64,000 nt of DNA, taken from assembly GCA_965207445.1 (NCBI GenBank), contig CBDBLX010000002.1, positions 352,001 through 416,000 of the forward strand, in the 5' to 3' direction. The stretch is from Nitrosopumilus sp. (GTDB lineage: Archaea; Thermoproteota; Nitrososphaeria; Nitrososphaerales; Nitrosopumilaceae). A program made the translations under genes and the position numbers. Below are positions 63,394-64,000 of this stretch, piece after piece (the stretch's first letter is position 1; each line of letters begins with the position of its first letter). Below the pieces are notes generated by a model. The model saw only the letters and a list, made by a program, of their open reading frames with translations. It ran no database searches and was not told the origin of the DNA.

Positions 63394-63866
63394 TATTATA
63401 CAAACACCCAGAGTTTGACTTACCTTTAATAAATAAAATAGATTTTAAAAAAAGTGCCGAGTTTTATTTTCACTCTGCACTTGTTTCAATTGCTTTGTCA
63501 AAAGAACCTGCAACAAATTTTTATCCACCAGGTACAATCTGCTCTCGTATGTATAATATAATTAATGATTTGTTAAAAACTTGTCTTTTATATGGAAAAA
63601 TAAAATTCCCTTTTACAAAGGATTTACATGTACTTTATGAGATGCTTCCCTTAAATCACAAGCCTAAATTAAATATGGATGTAATACAGGGTTGGGATGA
63701 TTATATTTATGAGCGTTATAGAAAGAAAGACAGTTGGACAAAAAAAGAGGCTAGCCAAGCTAGACGCATTTCTACATATTTTTTAAATTATGTCAGAGAA
63801 AATTATCCCGTATCAAAACAAAATTTTGACTTGAAAAAATTTAAAAAAGAAAATAATTTACTTTAA
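63390..63866 (+). CDS. HEPN-like domain, probably formerly fused to MNT
   Basis: LLKTCLL..KIKFPFTKDLHVLYEML HEPN-like pattern. Confidence 0.7.
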   Translation: MILYKHPEFDLPLINKIDFKKSAEFYFHSALVSIALSKEPATNFYPPGTICSRMYNIINDLLKTCLLYGKIKFPFTKDLHVLYEMLPLNHKPKLNMDVIQGWDDYIYERYRKKDSWTKKEASQARRISTYFLNYVRENYPVSKQNFDLKKFKKENNLL

Positions 63867-63914
63867 TTATATTTTTATGAATATCACCAAGGCGTAAATA
63901 CAATCATTAATCAT

Positions 63915-64000
63915 GTGTGAACCAACCCATTTTGGCATAATAACAAGATCACATATTTTTAAGATATATCATCAGACGGTGGGCCAATGATTTTACACAA
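63915..64000. repeat. IS-end repeat matching 44929-45014, runs off window
   Basis: gtgtgaaccaacc.a.tttggcataataa.aagatca...ttttacacaa. Confidence 0.8.

Overview
AT-rich archaeal chromosome segment whose gene content (ureABC + DUR3-type urea symporter, amt, split A1A0 ATP synthase genes, gatD/gatE, cdc48, PEFG-CTERM protein, SRP RNA) points to an ammonia-oxidising Nitrososphaerota/Nitrosopumilaceae archaeon; long junk-filled intergenic regions, many IS remnants/MITEs and a Calx-beta-like surface protein suggest (inference) a host-associated symbiont with an eroding genome. The core backbone is interrupted by accessory islands (~7.3-13.7 kb, 24.7-30.4 kb, 30.9-34.2 kb, 38.8-41.0 kb, 44.9-48.5 kb, 55.5-56.6 kb, 61.3-64 kb). 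Highlights read from the sequence: (1) a stand-alone nurA-herA-like pair without mre11/rad50, followed immediately by two 32-nt direct repeats around a 37-nt spacer; (2) a surface protein whose start codon is out of frame with its signal peptide across a C12 tract (candidate phase variation); (3) microsatellite-like low-complexity expansions inside essential proteins; (4) a MITE+IS composite transposon with a 9-bp target duplication and a GC-rich cargo gene; (5) an intact IS630 inserted in an IS66 transposase plus five 106-bp cognate MITEs; (6) two ABC-ATPase + small PD-(D/E)xK-like modules and several toxin-antitoxin-like loci. All functional calls come from motif recognition; no searches were run.
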